This document shows positions 21,388 to 31,150 of a DNA stretch of 64,000 bases, in pieces. The stretch spans positions 6,998-70,997 of the forward strand of contig JASLYJ010000001.1 in NCBI GenBank assembly GCA_030739855.1, given 5' to 3'. The notes under the pieces are model-generated. The model saw only the letters and a list, made by a program, of their open reading frames with translations, ran no database searches and was not told where the DNA came from. The DNA comes from Alphaproteobacteria bacterium. Its GTDB lineage: Bacteria; Pseudomonadota; Alphaproteobacteria; UBA11136. Position numbers and translations under genes: made by a program. Within the stretch, counting starts at the first letter, position 1. Each line of letters opens with the position of its first letter.

Positions 21388-21939
21388 TTACGTGACAGGA
21401 CGAACTTCCTCCACCTCGGGCACGTAATGCTTCAGCATGTTTTCGATTCCAGCCTTCAAAGTCATGGTAGAGCTTGGACAACCTGAACAGGCGCCCTGCA
21501 TCTGCAGGTAAACCACGCCAGATTCAAAACGATGGAAAATGATGTCACCGCCATCCTGGGCTACTGCCGGACGTACCCGGGTTTCGATGAGCTCCTTGAT
21601 TTGACGTACCACGTCGTCTTCTTCCCCCTCGCTCTCCACTTCTGTGTCTTCACCAGCTATAAGCACCGGTTGGCCCGTGACATAATGCTCCATGATAGTG
21701 CCAAGGATGGAGGGTTTCAGGACCTGCCATTCCTTGCCTTCTGTCTTGGTGACAGAGATGAAGTCGCTGCCAAAGAAAACTCCAACCACACCTTCTACAG
21801 CGAACAGCCGCTCGGCAAGAGGTGAGCGGGAGGCCGCTTCGGCAGAAGCAAAATACGCCGTTCCCTCGCCCAGCACGGGCTCTCCGGGAAGAAATTTCAG
21901 GGTGGCTGGATTGGGGGTTTGCTCAGTCTGGATAAACAT
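21388..21939 (-). CDS. NifU/Nfu-family Fe-S cluster assembly protein
   Basis: Nfu_N scaffold domain plus C-terminal NifU domain with a CxxC motif (GACSGCP). Confidence 0.8.
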   Translation of the reverse strand: MFIQTEQTPNPATLKFLPGEPVLGEGTAYFASAEAASRSPLAERLFAVEGVVGVFFGSDFISVTKTEGKEWQVLKPSILGTIMEHYVTGQPVLIAGEDTEVESEGEEDDVVRQIKELIETRVRPAVAQDGGDIIFHRFESGVVYLQMQGACSGCPSSTMTLKAGIENMLKHYVPEVEEVRPVT

Positions 21940-22032
21940 GATTCACCGTTGTCCAAATAACATTGCGTAGCTGTGCCACTTACATGGCCCACCGGGGAAT
22001 AAAGATCAAGGGTTCGTGCAGGATGGTGCAAA

Positions 22033-22524
22033 CTACGTAATAGCTATGATCTGTTCGTCACTGAGATTTCCCGGCACGATGGTGACAGGAACGCGAAGCT
22101 TGCTCACTAGCCTCCCAGTCAACGCAGAGACCAGGGGGCCCGGACCCTTCGTTCCGGTAGCCGCCCCTAAAACCAAAATGGAAATGTCGGGCTCTTCCTC
22201 AATCAACTCCAGAACACACTCATCGCGGGTCCCTTCACGCAGAAACAAAACCGGAAGTTCTCCTGCCCATTCGTTAACCTCCGCCGAGAGATCCTGCATC
22301 ACCTCCTCGGCTCGTTCTCGGTTTTCTTCTTGGCTAAGGTCTTCGACTGCCACCCAGTGCGTGAATTCCGTGGGTTCAATCACATAAAGCAGGGCTACCT
22401 TACCGCCGGTACTCTTGGCGCGAAGACTGGCGAAACGCAACGCCGCGCGCATTTCTTCAGTCTCGTCCACCACCACCAAGAAGACACGACCTTGTCCCTT
22501 TGCCGTCTGTTTTGCCATGATCAT
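22033..22524 (-). CDS. universal stress protein (UspA family)
   Basis: Usp alpha/beta fold (VFLVVVDETEE...ISILVLGA...VPVTIVP). ATG at 22524 overlaps the upstream gene stop (22521-22523) as ATGA. Confidence 0.75.
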   Translation of the reverse strand: MIMAKQTAKGQGRVFLVVVDETEEMRAALRFASLRAKSTGGKVALLYVIEPTEFTHWVAVEDLSQEENRERAEEVMQDLSAEVNEWAGELPVLFLREGTRDECVLELIEEEPDISILVLGAATGTKGPGPLVSALTGRLVSKLRVPVTIVPGNLSDEQIIAIT

Positions 22525-23309
22525 ACCTTTCGGAACGCCACCGCGCCTAGCCATCCCGCCAGCATGGCCAGAATCACGGACAGAATACCATAGAGCGCCG
22601 CATGGCGGTGGGCGAAGAGAAAGACCTCGGCCCCCAACCCCACCTTGCTAACGATGAGCGGTGTCGTCTGCGCCCCCACTACATGGCCGTCCCGGACAAG
22701 AAACACCTCGATAGTGTAGGTGCCAGTGGGGACGTTAGGCGGAAATACCACATTGGTGCGGAACAGCCTGTCCCCTAGGAACGTCACCGTGCCCTCGCCA
22801 AGCGTATAAAGCCCCTCACGAGTCTTGGTGCGTATCAGGGCTGTGCGGAAAGAAGTCACTTTCGCCTGCGGTACCGTTTCGTCTGCCGCCGGAATCTCAA
22901 GAAAGCGCAGGCCCATCCGATGGCGTGACAACAGGGCGTAAGGCACGAAATCCTCCATCGAACGGCTGCTTGCCATGCGGAAAAAGACTGGTGCCTTTTT
23001 GAATGTTACTTCGTCGCGGTTGATCCAGACACCACCGATTCGGTCCTTGCGCCGTACTTTCAGCGGCTCCTCCGGCCCGCGCACCAGAACCACCACGTCG
23101 CCCTCACCATCGATGGCGCCGAAAAGGAGCAATTCGGAGCCCTGAAACCCGGTGGTGATGGCGATCAGGTGGGACGATAGATCCGCTACCAGGGCCTCAG
23201 CTCGTACCGCCGCCGGACCGGCAAGAAGAAACACCACAGCTAGCAACGGAATCAAAAGATTACCAGTGTCTGGGGTGCGTTTTTTCATAATTGCCTGGAT
23301 CATGGTCAT
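22521..23309 (-). CDS. TIGR02186-family protein (signal-peptide N-terminus, C-terminal transmembrane helix)
   Basis: Signal peptide (MKKRTPDTGNLLIPLLAVVFLLAGPAAVRA), a central domain and a C-terminal transmembrane segment (ILSVILAMLAGWLGAVAF). It overlaps the TauE/SafE stop by 4 nt. This family is typically found next to TauE/SafE genes. Confidence 0.6.
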   Translation of the reverse strand: MTMIQAIMKKRTPDTGNLLIPLLAVVFLLAGPAAVRAEALVADLSSHLIAITTGFQGSELLLFGAIDGEGDVVVLVRGPEEPLKVRRKDRIGGVWINRDEVTFKKAPVFFRMASSRSMEDFVPYALLSRHRMGLRFLEIPAADETVPQAKVTSFRTALIRTKTREGLYTLGEGTVTFLGDRLFRTNVVFPPNVPTGTYTIEVFLVRDGHVVGAQTTPLIVSKVGLGAEVFLFAHRHAALYGILSVILAMLAGWLGAVAFRKV

Positions 23310-24238
23310 AGCCCCGCCGCGGAAACGGCCGAAGAAGCCAAGGAAAATAGGTCGTTAGGTGTCACCACCAAGTCGAAAAGTATACGCGCGCAAACCCCGA
23401 GCACCACCAGCGCTAGCAGTCCCCGCAACTGTTCCCCACGCAGGAACGATCCCGCCCGGGTGCCGATCTGGGCGCCGATAACGCCGCCGATCAGCAGAAG
23501 AAGTGCCAGAAAAACGTCTACGGTTTGATTGTAATAGGCTTGGAGGATAGTCACGTTGGCGGTGACAAAAATAATCTGAAACAGCGACGTGCCTACTACC
23601 ATGGATGTAGGCATGCCAATTAGATAGATCATGGCCGGCACCATGACGAACCCCCCGCCCACGCCCATGATGGCCGCCAGAAGGCCGACGAAAAAGCCGA
23701 CCCCCAACGGTAGTAGCGCGCTGATATAAAGTTTGGACTTTCGGAAGCGTGTCTTCAGCGGCAGGCCGTGTAGCCAGATATGTTTGTGAAGCTTGCGTTT
23801 CGCCGCTTCACGGCGGCGGTGGAGAAGCATAGTGCGGCCACTTTCCGCCAGCATCAGGGCGCCTATCACTGACAGAAACACCACATAGGCGAGGGAGATG
23901 ACCAGGTCAATCTGGCCAAACCCACGCAGCATGGAAAACAGCCACACGCCGAAACTGGACCCCACCATGCCCCCGGCCAGCAGAACGAAACCCATCTTGA
24001 AATCCACACTGCTACGCCGCCAGTAGGCGAGAACCCCTGAGACGGAAGCGCCAAGAATCTGGTTGGCCTCGGTGGCCACGGCCACGGCCGGGGGGATGCC
24101 AGTAAAAATAAGGAACGGCGTCATAAGAAATCCGCCACCGACACCGAACAGACCCGAGAGTGCGCCTACAAGCCCGCCTAGGCCCAGAAGGTAGAAGACG
24201 TTGACGGAAATCTCGGCGATAGGAAGGTAGACCTGCAT
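23306..24238 (-). CDS. sulfite exporter TauE/SafE-family membrane protein (DUF81)
   Basis: Two duplicated 4-transmembrane halves with GxGGG motifs (FGVGGGFLMTP, MGVGGGFVMVP). ATG at 24238 preferred; the ORF extends to 24292. Confidence 0.8.
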   Translation of the reverse strand: MQVYLPIAEISVNVFYLLGLGGLVGALSGLFGVGGGFLMTPFLIFTGIPPAVAVATEANQILGASVSGVLAYWRRSSVDFKMGFVLLAGGMVGSSFGVWLFSMLRGFGQIDLVISLAYVVFLSVIGALMLAESGRTMLLHRRREAAKRKLHKHIWLHGLPLKTRFRKSKLYISALLPLGVGFFVGLLAAIMGVGGGFVMVPAMIYLIGMPTSMVVGTSLFQIIFVTANVTILQAYYNQTVDVFLALLLLIGGVIGAQIGTRAGSFLRGEQLRGLLALVVLGVCARILFDLVVTPNDLFSLASSAVSAAGL

Positions 24239-24458
24239 CAGGGAAAACCCCGACACAAATGGCAGCGGCTCGGTGCACTCGCACAAAGACAATGGCGACG
24301 GTACATCCTGTCAGGCCCGGAACCCATGGCGGTCCCCATAGCCCCCCACATCTAGCAGATAAACCTCTGGGACACCCCTGAACATAGAATGTGGGGCGGT
24401 GCCGTATCAACCCCCGCTGTCACGCGTTCCTCACTGTCGAGACACCTCCTGGAGACCA

Positions 24459-25457
24459 CTATGGACGCAGAAGGCCGACGATGTCCTGTATTTCGTGCAG
24501 ATGCCGTTTCGCTATAGCGCCAGCACGCTTCGTTCCGCTGCGCAGGATACCGTCCACATAGCCGGGATCCGCTTTCAGTTCCCCGATCTCCCGCGCGATG
24601 GGGCCAAGCCGCGCTACCGCTAGATCTGATAGTTCACTTTTGAACTCGGAGAACATCTTCCCCGCAAACTTATGACACACCTCCTCCACACTTGTTTCCG
24701 CGAGAGCGGCGTAAATTTCCACAAGATTGGCGGCTTCGGCGCGGTTTGCCAGTCCGTCAGGGGTTTCGGGCAGGGGATCAGCGTCGGTGCGCGCCTTGCG
24801 AATTTTGAGGGCGATGGCATCGGCGTCATCAGTCATATTGAGACGGGAATAATCAGAATCATCGGACTTACTCATCTTGTGGGAGCCGTCTCGTAAGCTC
24901 ATGACGCGGGTGGCGGCGCCTAAAATCTGCGGCTCGGGCAACGGGAAATAATCCACTCCGTACTTCTGGTTAAAAGCTCCGGCAATATCACGTGCCAGTT
25001 CTAGATGCTGTTTCTGGTCATCTCCCACCGGCACGTGGGTGGCGCGGTAGAGAAGAATATCAGCGGCCATGAGTACTGGATAGGCATAGAGACCCAGTCC
25101 TGCATTCTCACGGTGCTTGCCTGCCTTTGCCTTGAACTGGGTCATGCGGTTGAGCCAGCCTAGCGGTGTAATACAGGACAGCATCCAGGTCAGTTCGCTG
25201 TGTTCGGGCACCATACTCTGATTGAAGATAATACATTTTTCGGGATCTATGCCGGCGGCGATATAGACTGCCGTCACTTCGCGGGTATGGGCGCGGAGTT
25301 CCTCGGGGTCTTGGGGTAAAGTAATGGCATGAAGATCGACGATGCAGAAAATGCACTCGAAGTTTTCCTGCAGGCCCACCCAGTTGCGGATGGCGCCTAG
25401 ATAGTTGCCGAGATGGAGGTTCCCAGTGGGCTGCACGCCCGAAAAAATACGGCTCAT
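24459..25457 (-). CDS. trpS: tryptophan--tRNA ligase
   Basis: Class I HIGH ([11 protein letters not shown]) and KMSKS (KMSKSDDS) motifs. 332 aa. Confidence 0.95.
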   Translation of the reverse strand: MSRIFSGVQPTGNLHLGNYLGAIRNWVGLQENFECIFCIVDLHAITLPQDPEELRAHTREVTAVYIAAGIDPEKCIIFNQSMVPEHSELTWMLSCITPLGWLNRMTQFKAKAGKHRENAGLGLYAYPVLMAADILLYRATHVPVGDDQKQHLELARDIAGAFNQKYGVDYFPLPEPQILGAATRVMSLRDGSHKMSKSDDSDYSRLNMTDDADAIALKIRKARTDADPLPETPDGLANRAEAANLVEIYAALAETSVEEVCHKFAGKMFSEFKSELSDLAVARLGPIAREIGELKADPGYVDGILRSGTKRAGAIAKRHLHEIQDIVGLLRP

Positions 25458-25542
25458 AAAAATGAAACTTCGCTGGATAACGGACAGGTATAGTAAAAAA
25501 CGGGTCCGTTATCGCCGCTTGCATGGCGGGTGGTCAAGGGCA

Positions 25543-27093
25543 TCACTCCAGATTCAGCCCGCGCGAACGCCACAGCACATGCACCCGCGTCACGCCCGTG
25601 ACCTGCGCTAGACCTCCATAGAGAACCATACCCACCACCACCAACGCTGCCAGCGCAGCAAAGCGCATGGTTTGTGACCCCGCCAAAGGGCCGGCCAAGC
25701 CATCTGCGAGGAAGACCAAGGCAACCGCTAATCCCGCTGAACTCAGCAGCATTAATGCCACGCGGCGGCGTAGACGTGAATTCAGAGCCAGATGGCCACG
25801 TTTTTTTAGCCCCTGGGCAAGAAGTGTGGCGTTGAACCAAGCCGATATGGAGGTGGCTAGGGCCAGCCCTACATGGGCCAAGAATGTCATTAGGATCAAG
25901 TTAAGAACCACATTCAACACCATAGCGGCGACACCGATCTTGATAGGTGTGGCGGTATCTTCGCGTGAGAAATAGCCGGGCGCTAGCACCTTGACTAGAA
26001 CATAAGCCGGCAGGCCCGTGGCAAAAGCCGTCAAGGCCTGGGCCGTGGCTCGGGCATCGGCGGGAGAAAATGCGCCACGTTCGAAAAGCACTGTCACCAC
26101 CGGAGTGGAAAGAGCCATCAGGGCAGCGGCGGCCGGAAGAGCGAGAAACAACGCATACTCGATAGCCCGATTCTGGCTTTCCAGTGCTGCTTCGCTCTCG
26201 TCGTTTTTGACTTGGCGCGACAACAGAGGCAGCAGCGCCGTACCTACCGCCACCCCGACCACACCAAGTGGCAACTGGTTCACCCTGTCAGCGTAATAGA
26301 GAAAGGAGATGGCCCCGGTGGGTAGCAGTGAGGCAATAATCACATCGATCACCAGATTGACCTGATAGACTCCCGCACCCAGGGCCACGGGGACAAACAA
26401 TTTCAGAAGGCGCTTGATATTCGGCGACAGCCTGGGATGGGGTAAATGCAATATTATGTTTTCACGTTTCAGGGCCACCATGAGCCAAACCAGCTGCACC
26501 ACACCAGCGGCAGCCACACCCCAAGCCAAGGCATGACCCGGTGTCATCGCCGCTCGCGCGAAGACCACCAAGGCCGCAATCAGACACAGATTGAGTAGAA
26601 TTGGCGTCGCCGCCATAGCCGCAAAGCGGTCCAGGGTATTGAGTACGCCGCCTAGCAGCGAGACCAGAGAAATAAACAGGATGTAGGGAAAGGTGATCCG
26701 TGAAAGATCCACCGCCAAGTTGAATTTTTCCGGGTCCTCGGCAAACCCCGGCGCTAAAACATGCATGAACCATGGCATGGTGATTTCGAAAAACAACACC
26801 AGAGCCAGCAGAGCCCACAACAGCACAGACGCCGCCTGGGCCGCGAAGGCAACCGCGCGATCGCGGCCATGTCGCGTCAGTTCCCCAGAAAAGATAGGGA
26901 TAAAAGCAGCGGAAAATGCTCCTTCGGCGAACAGGCGACGGAAAAAGTTAGGCAGCTTGAAGGCAACGAAGAAAGCATCGGCTATGGGTCCAGCACCGAG
27001 AAAGGCGGCAATCAGAATGTCACGCAAAAACCCCAGAGCACGACTAACAAGGGTGAGCCCCCCTACCGTAGCGATGTTGCGCAAAAATGCCAT
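25543..27093 (-). CDS. murJ: lipid II flippase MurJ (MviN)
   Basis: 516-aa polytopic membrane protein with the MurJ N-terminal signature (LTLVSRALGFLRDILIAAFLGAG...DAFFVAFKLPNFFRRLFAEGAFSAAFIP). Confidence 0.9.
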   Translation of the reverse strand: MAFLRNIATVGGLTLVSRALGFLRDILIAAFLGAGPIADAFFVAFKLPNFFRRLFAEGAFSAAFIPIFSGELTRHGRDRAVAFAAQAASVLLWALLALVLFFEITMPWFMHVLAPGFAEDPEKFNLAVDLSRITFPYILFISLVSLLGGVLNTLDRFAAMAATPILLNLCLIAALVVFARAAMTPGHALAWGVAAAGVVQLVWLMVALKRENIILHLPHPRLSPNIKRLLKLFVPVALGAGVYQVNLVIDVIIASLLPTGAISFLYYADRVNQLPLGVVGVAVGTALLPLLSRQVKNDESEAALESQNRAIEYALFLALPAAAALMALSTPVVTVLFERGAFSPADARATAQALTAFATGLPAYVLVKVLAPGYFSREDTATPIKIGVAAMVLNVVLNLILMTFLAHVGLALATSISAWFNATLLAQGLKKRGHLALNSRLRRRVALMLLSSAGLAVALVFLADGLAGPLAGSQTMRFAALAALVVVGMVLYGGLAQVTGVTRVHVLWRSRGLNLE

Positions 27094-27151
27094 GGAGCCG
27101 GTCTAGCGGATTTTACGAAGTGGTGGAAGCGGGAAAGAGCACGCGCGCCAT

Positions 27152-30100
27152 TCAGCCGGCGGTGGGCTTGCGTACCAAATGTGCCTTTACCCGGGACTTG
27201 TGCTCACGGCGACGCTTGACTTTATCCGGCGCTTCCTCTCTATCCCGTAGCCGATTCTCGTGAACCTCTTTAGGGGGCTCCAGAACATGTAGAAGAGATT
27301 CTCTGACCCGTTCGAGTTTGGCTTTGTTCTCTACCTTAAGTCCGAAAATGTCCCTTGCGTAGAAAACGTCCACCACCCGTTCGCCATAGGTAGCGATCTT
27401 GGCGGTAGAAATTTGCAAGCCACAATCGGTGAGTGTCTGTGTTACCTCGAACAGCAGACCTGGACGGTCGCGTCCATTGATTTCGATCACCGTGTTGGTA
27501 GCACTGATAGTGTTGTCCATATGCACCCGTGACGGCACGGTAAAGACGTGGGCGTGATAAGGCAGGGCGTGGGAACGTTTCGCCAGTTTTTCACGAGGCC
27601 GCACAGTGCCGGTGAGCGTGGCCTCGATAAGCCGTTCTAGTTCTTTGAGCTTGTTCTCGTCGTCTAAGATACGACCCCCCGATCCCTGGATCCAATCACC
27701 CACTTCCCGCACCGAAAACGCATCCATGGCCATGCCGTTGGTCAACGTAAATATGCGGGCGTCGACAATATTACCGCCGGCCAGCGCGATGGCCCCGGCA
27801 ATGCCCGAAAACAATCCAGGATGGTCCGAGGTGTAAATGGTGACTTCAGTTACGTCGCGAGAACGGTCCACACGGCAGTCTATAGCCAGCGGGCGATCTG
27901 CATCCGCACCAGCGCGCACTATCTCTGCCTGACGCACATGGCTGGTGATGTCTTGGGACAGCCAGTAGGCGGGATATCCTAGCTTTTCGAAGTCGGCGAA
28001 ATTCTCCTTACTCCATTTCGGCAGAGCGCGGCGCAACGCCCCCTTGGCCGCGACGATTCGATCCTCACGCTGTACCAAGGAGAAATCTCCCGACAGAACT
28101 TCTTCGGCGCTGTAGTAGAGTTCCTGCAGTAACGCCGCCTTCCACCCGTTCCACACCGTGGGGCCCATCGCGCGGATATCTACCACAGTAAGAATCAGGA
28201 GAAGGCGTAACCGTTCCGGAGACTGCACCACTTCTACGAAATCGTTCACCGTCCTGGTCTCATTGATATCCCGACGGAATGCCGTATGGCTCATCAACAA
28301 GTGGTGACGAACGAGCCAAGAAGCGGTTTCTGTCTCCGCCGCGTCGAACCCAAAACGTAATCCAAGTTTTTCGGTAATCTTGGCTCCAAGGATGCTGTGA
28401 TCGCCGCCACGTCCCTTGGCGATGTCGTGCAGCAGCACCGCCAAATAAAGGGCACGACGCGAACCAATCTTAGGAAATATTTTTGTCAACAGAGGATGGT
28501 CTTCCTTCAACTCCCCCATTTCGATACGGCTGAGAATACCGATAGCGCGGATAGAATGCTCATCCACCGTATAAACATGGTAGAGGTCATGCTGCATCTG
28601 CGCCACTACACGCCCGAAGTCCGGGATAAAACGGCCCATGACGCCTGCCTCGTTCAAGCGGGTCAACGCAATATCAGGCGTATTTTTCGAGGTTAGGATT
28701 TCTACAAACAGTGTGTTGGCTTGTAAATTTTCGCGCAGTTTTGAGTCTATCAGGCCGAGTTTGCGCGTAACTTTGCGTAGGGCGACGGGGTGAACATCCA
28801 TTTTGAATTGTTGGGCAAGGTGAAAGAGACGGATCAGATTCACCGGGTCCTGGACGAACACGTCGCTCTTATCCACCGTGAGCCATGAGCCCTCGAGCTT
28901 AAATCCCTCTGGCATCTTGCCGCGCAGGGGAAACCGCCACCAGGTGGGCCTTAGGGTACTTTGGCGTTCTGCCTCAAGCGCGGCACAGAAGATACGGGTC
29001 AAGTCACCCACGTCCTTGGCTACCAGAAAATAGTGTTTCATGAACCGCTCGACACCCAAGCTTCCGGCATGGTCTGTATAGCCCATAAGGCGGCCGATTT
29101 CTGACTGCAGGTCGAAGGTGAGACGCTCCTCTGCGCGGCCCGAAATGTAGTGAAGATGGCAACGTAGGGTGAGAAGAAAGTTTAGCGCTTTGGCAAAAAG
29201 GTTAGTTTCCGAGCCGGTCAGCACCCTGCGCGCCACCAACTCATCCACGTTATTCACTGCAAAAATATATTTAGCGATCCAGAACAGGGTGTGAAGGTCG
29301 CGCAGGCCGCCTTTTCCTTCCTTGATGTTGGGTTCCAGCACATAGCGGGTATCGCCCACCATGATATGGCGTGAATTTCGCTCGGTCAGTTTGGCTTCGA
29401 TATAGGCCGCCTCCGAGCCGTGGACCACCTCGGCCTGGAAGCGCTGGCACAGGGTATTGTAAAGTCGCATGTCACCAGCAAGAAAACGTGATTCCACAAG
29501 GGTAGTGCGAATTACAAGATCTTCTTTTGCCTTTTTCAAGCATTGGGCTAACGAGCGCGTGGCGTGCCCCACCTTTAGCCCTAAATCCCACAGGATATAA
29601 AGGATGAACTCTACCACCTGTTCCCGGTGCGGCGTTTTGGACTCAGGCAATAGAAACAACAGGTCAAGATCGGAAAATGGTGCCAACTCGGCACGGCCAT
29701 ATCCGCCCACGGCTACTACTGTCAAATATTCTTCCGCATCCGAAGGGTCCAGGGGAAAAAGGTTTTTCTCCACAAATTCCAGAAGGACACGGATAATCTG
29801 GTCCATGAGAAAGGTCTGGGCGTGAACCGTTTCCAGTCCGTCCGCGCCATCGGCAAAACGACGGCGTACGGCCTCTGTGCCCTCAGCCAGTACTTTCTTG
29901 AGATGGTCGAGAAGGCGGGTGCGAATAACGGCATCGGAGAGATCTTCTGCCTCCCTAAGACCGGAAAGAAACATCGCCACCTTACGGTGGTCAAAAATCT
30001 CGCGTTGCCGGAACACGTTGCAGAGTCCGGTCTGTGCCCCAGCCTTGGTGCCGTCCAGCAACGCCTTGGATTCAGCGTAGATCGGTTTCTTTCCGCTTGA

Positions 30101-30175
30101 TGTCTTGTCCAGTGCTTGTTTTGCGGAACGCATGCCCATAGGTGCCAAATGCCCCCTGATCTTGCCGGAATGCAA
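27152..30175 (-). CDS. glnD: [protein-PII] uridylyltransferase/uridylyl-removing enzyme
   Basis: Nucleotidyltransferase domain (GGYGRAELAPFSDLDLLFL), HD domain (HDIAKGRGGDH) and two C-terminal ACT domains. Start is probably internal (ATG near 30139 or 30133). Confidence 0.9.
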   Translation of the reverse strand: MHSGKIRGHLAPMGMRSAKQALDKTSSGKKPIYAESKALLDGTKAGAQTGLCNVFRQREIFDHRKVAMFLSGLREAEDLSDAVIRTRLLDHLKKVLAEGTEAVRRRFADGADGLETVHAQTFLMDQIIRVLLEFVEKNLFPLDPSDAEEYLTVVAVGGYGRAELAPFSDLDLLFLLPESKTPHREQVVEFILYILWDLGLKVGHATRSLAQCLKKAKEDLVIRTTLVESRFLAGDMRLYNTLCQRFQAEVVHGSEAAYIEAKLTERNSRHIMVGDTRYVLEPNIKEGKGGLRDLHTLFWIAKYIFAVNNVDELVARRVLTGSETNLFAKALNFLLTLRCHLHYISGRAEERLTFDLQSEIGRLMGYTDHAGSLGVERFMKHYFLVAKDVGDLTRIFCAALEAERQSTLRPTWWRFPLRGKMPEGFKLEGSWLTVDKSDVFVQDPVNLIRLFHLAQQFKMDVHPVALRKVTRKLGLIDSKLRENLQANTLFVEILTSKNTPDIALTRLNEAGVMGRFIPDFGRVVAQMQHDLYHVYTVDEHSIRAIGILSRIEMGELKEDHPLLTKIFPKIGSRRALYLAVLLHDIAKGRGGDHSILGAKITEKLGLRFGFDAAETETASWLVRHHLLMSHTAFRRDINETRTVNDFVEVVQSPERLRLLLILTVVDIRAMGPTVWNGWKAALLQELYYSAEEVLSGDFSLVQREDRIVAAKGALRRALPKWSKENFADFEKLGYPAYWLSQDITSHVRQAEIVRAGADADRPLAIDCRVDRSRDVTEVTIYTSDHPGLFSGIAGAIALAGGNIVDARIFTLTNGMAMDAFSVREVGDWIQGSGGRILDDENKLKELERLIEATLTGTVRPREKLAKRSHALPYHAHVFTVPSRVHMDNTISATNTVIEINGRDRPGLLFEVTQTLTDCGLQISTAKIATYGERVVDVFYARDIFGLKVENKAKLERVRESLLHVLEPPKEVHENRLRDREEAPDKVKRRREHKSRVKAHLVRKPTAG

Positions 30176-30243
30176 GCCTCCTTAATATGCAGCGTCGATA
30201 TAATACGTATAGTGTTGCTGTGGCGCAGAACGCGGCAAGGAAA

Positions 30244-31119
30244 ATGAACGATAAGAAATTCCAGCGTCGGCTAGAAGGACTGATCGAAGACCGGCACAGC
30301 GGTGCTAGTGAACTGGCGCGGCTAGGCCTTGAGGTGGCGGCCCAGTGCGCCCAATCCGCCGGGGCTCAGAAAACCATTGAATTGCGGCACTATTTAGCCG
30401 AATGCGCTAAAGCCCTAGCCGCCGCAAGGCCCAGTATGTCGATTCTAAAAAACCTGATGGAGGAATGGAAGGAAAGCCTAGAGGTGCTGCCCGATGATGT
30501 GGAAGAAGCCCGGGTTAAGGCGGCAGAAACTGCCCTCAATCTCGCCGAACAGTCAACCAGAGCAAGTTTTGAGGCCGCAGCCCTGACCAGCGCCCTGGTG
30601 GGAAATAACAAGACCATAATTACCCACAGCTTCAGTTCCACAGTTCTGGAAGTATTCCATCTTTTAAAAAACCGCGGCGTACAAGCCATCGTGCCGGAAT
30701 CTCGGCCCCTGTGCGAAGGCGCCGACCTAGCCGAACGCCTGAGCCAATGGGATATCCCCGCCACTTATATCACTGATGCCCAGGTGGGTCTGTTCGCAGC
30801 TCACGCCGACATAGCCATCGTCGGCGCCGACACTCTGCTGGCAGACGGCAGCGCCATCAACAAAGCGGGAACCCTGCTGTTGGCCATGGCCGCTCATGCC
30901 GAGGAGGTGCCGTTTTACGTCTGCTGCGAGAGTTGCAAGCTATGGCCGCAGAAAGAACCGCCCGCGCTGGAGGAAATGAGCCCGGCCGAACTAGGCACAT
31001 CGCCATGGCCTGGTGTTAGCGTCAGCAATATCTACTTCGATGTTACCCCGGCCCACCTCATCACCGGCTGGTGCACCGAACGCGGGGCCCCCGACCCGGA
31101 AATCGGAGATAGGGAATAG
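30244..31119 (+). CDS. eIF-2B alpha/beta/delta-family protein (MtnA / ribose-1,5-bisphosphate isomerase-like fold)
   Basis: IF-2B family motifs (TIITHSFSSTVLEVF, GADTLLADGSAINKAGT). AAGGAAA ribosome-binding site before the ATG at 30244. It is shorter (~291 aa) than canonical MtnA. Confidence 0.7.
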   Translation: MNDKKFQRRLEGLIEDRHSGASELARLGLEVAAQCAQSAGAQKTIELRHYLAECAKALAAARPSMSILKNLMEEWKESLEVLPDDVEEARVKAAETALNLAEQSTRASFEAAALTSALVGNNKTIITHSFSSTVLEVFHLLKNRGVQAIVPESRPLCEGADLAERLSQWDIPATYITDAQVGLFAAHADIAIVGADTLLADGSAINKAGTLLLAMAAHAEEVPFYVCCESCKLWPQKEPPALEEMSPAELGTSPWPGVSVSNIYFDVTPAHLITGWCTERGAPDPEIGDRE

Positions 31120-31150
31120 CGAGGAAATGCCCGCCTTAAGGGATTCTGGA

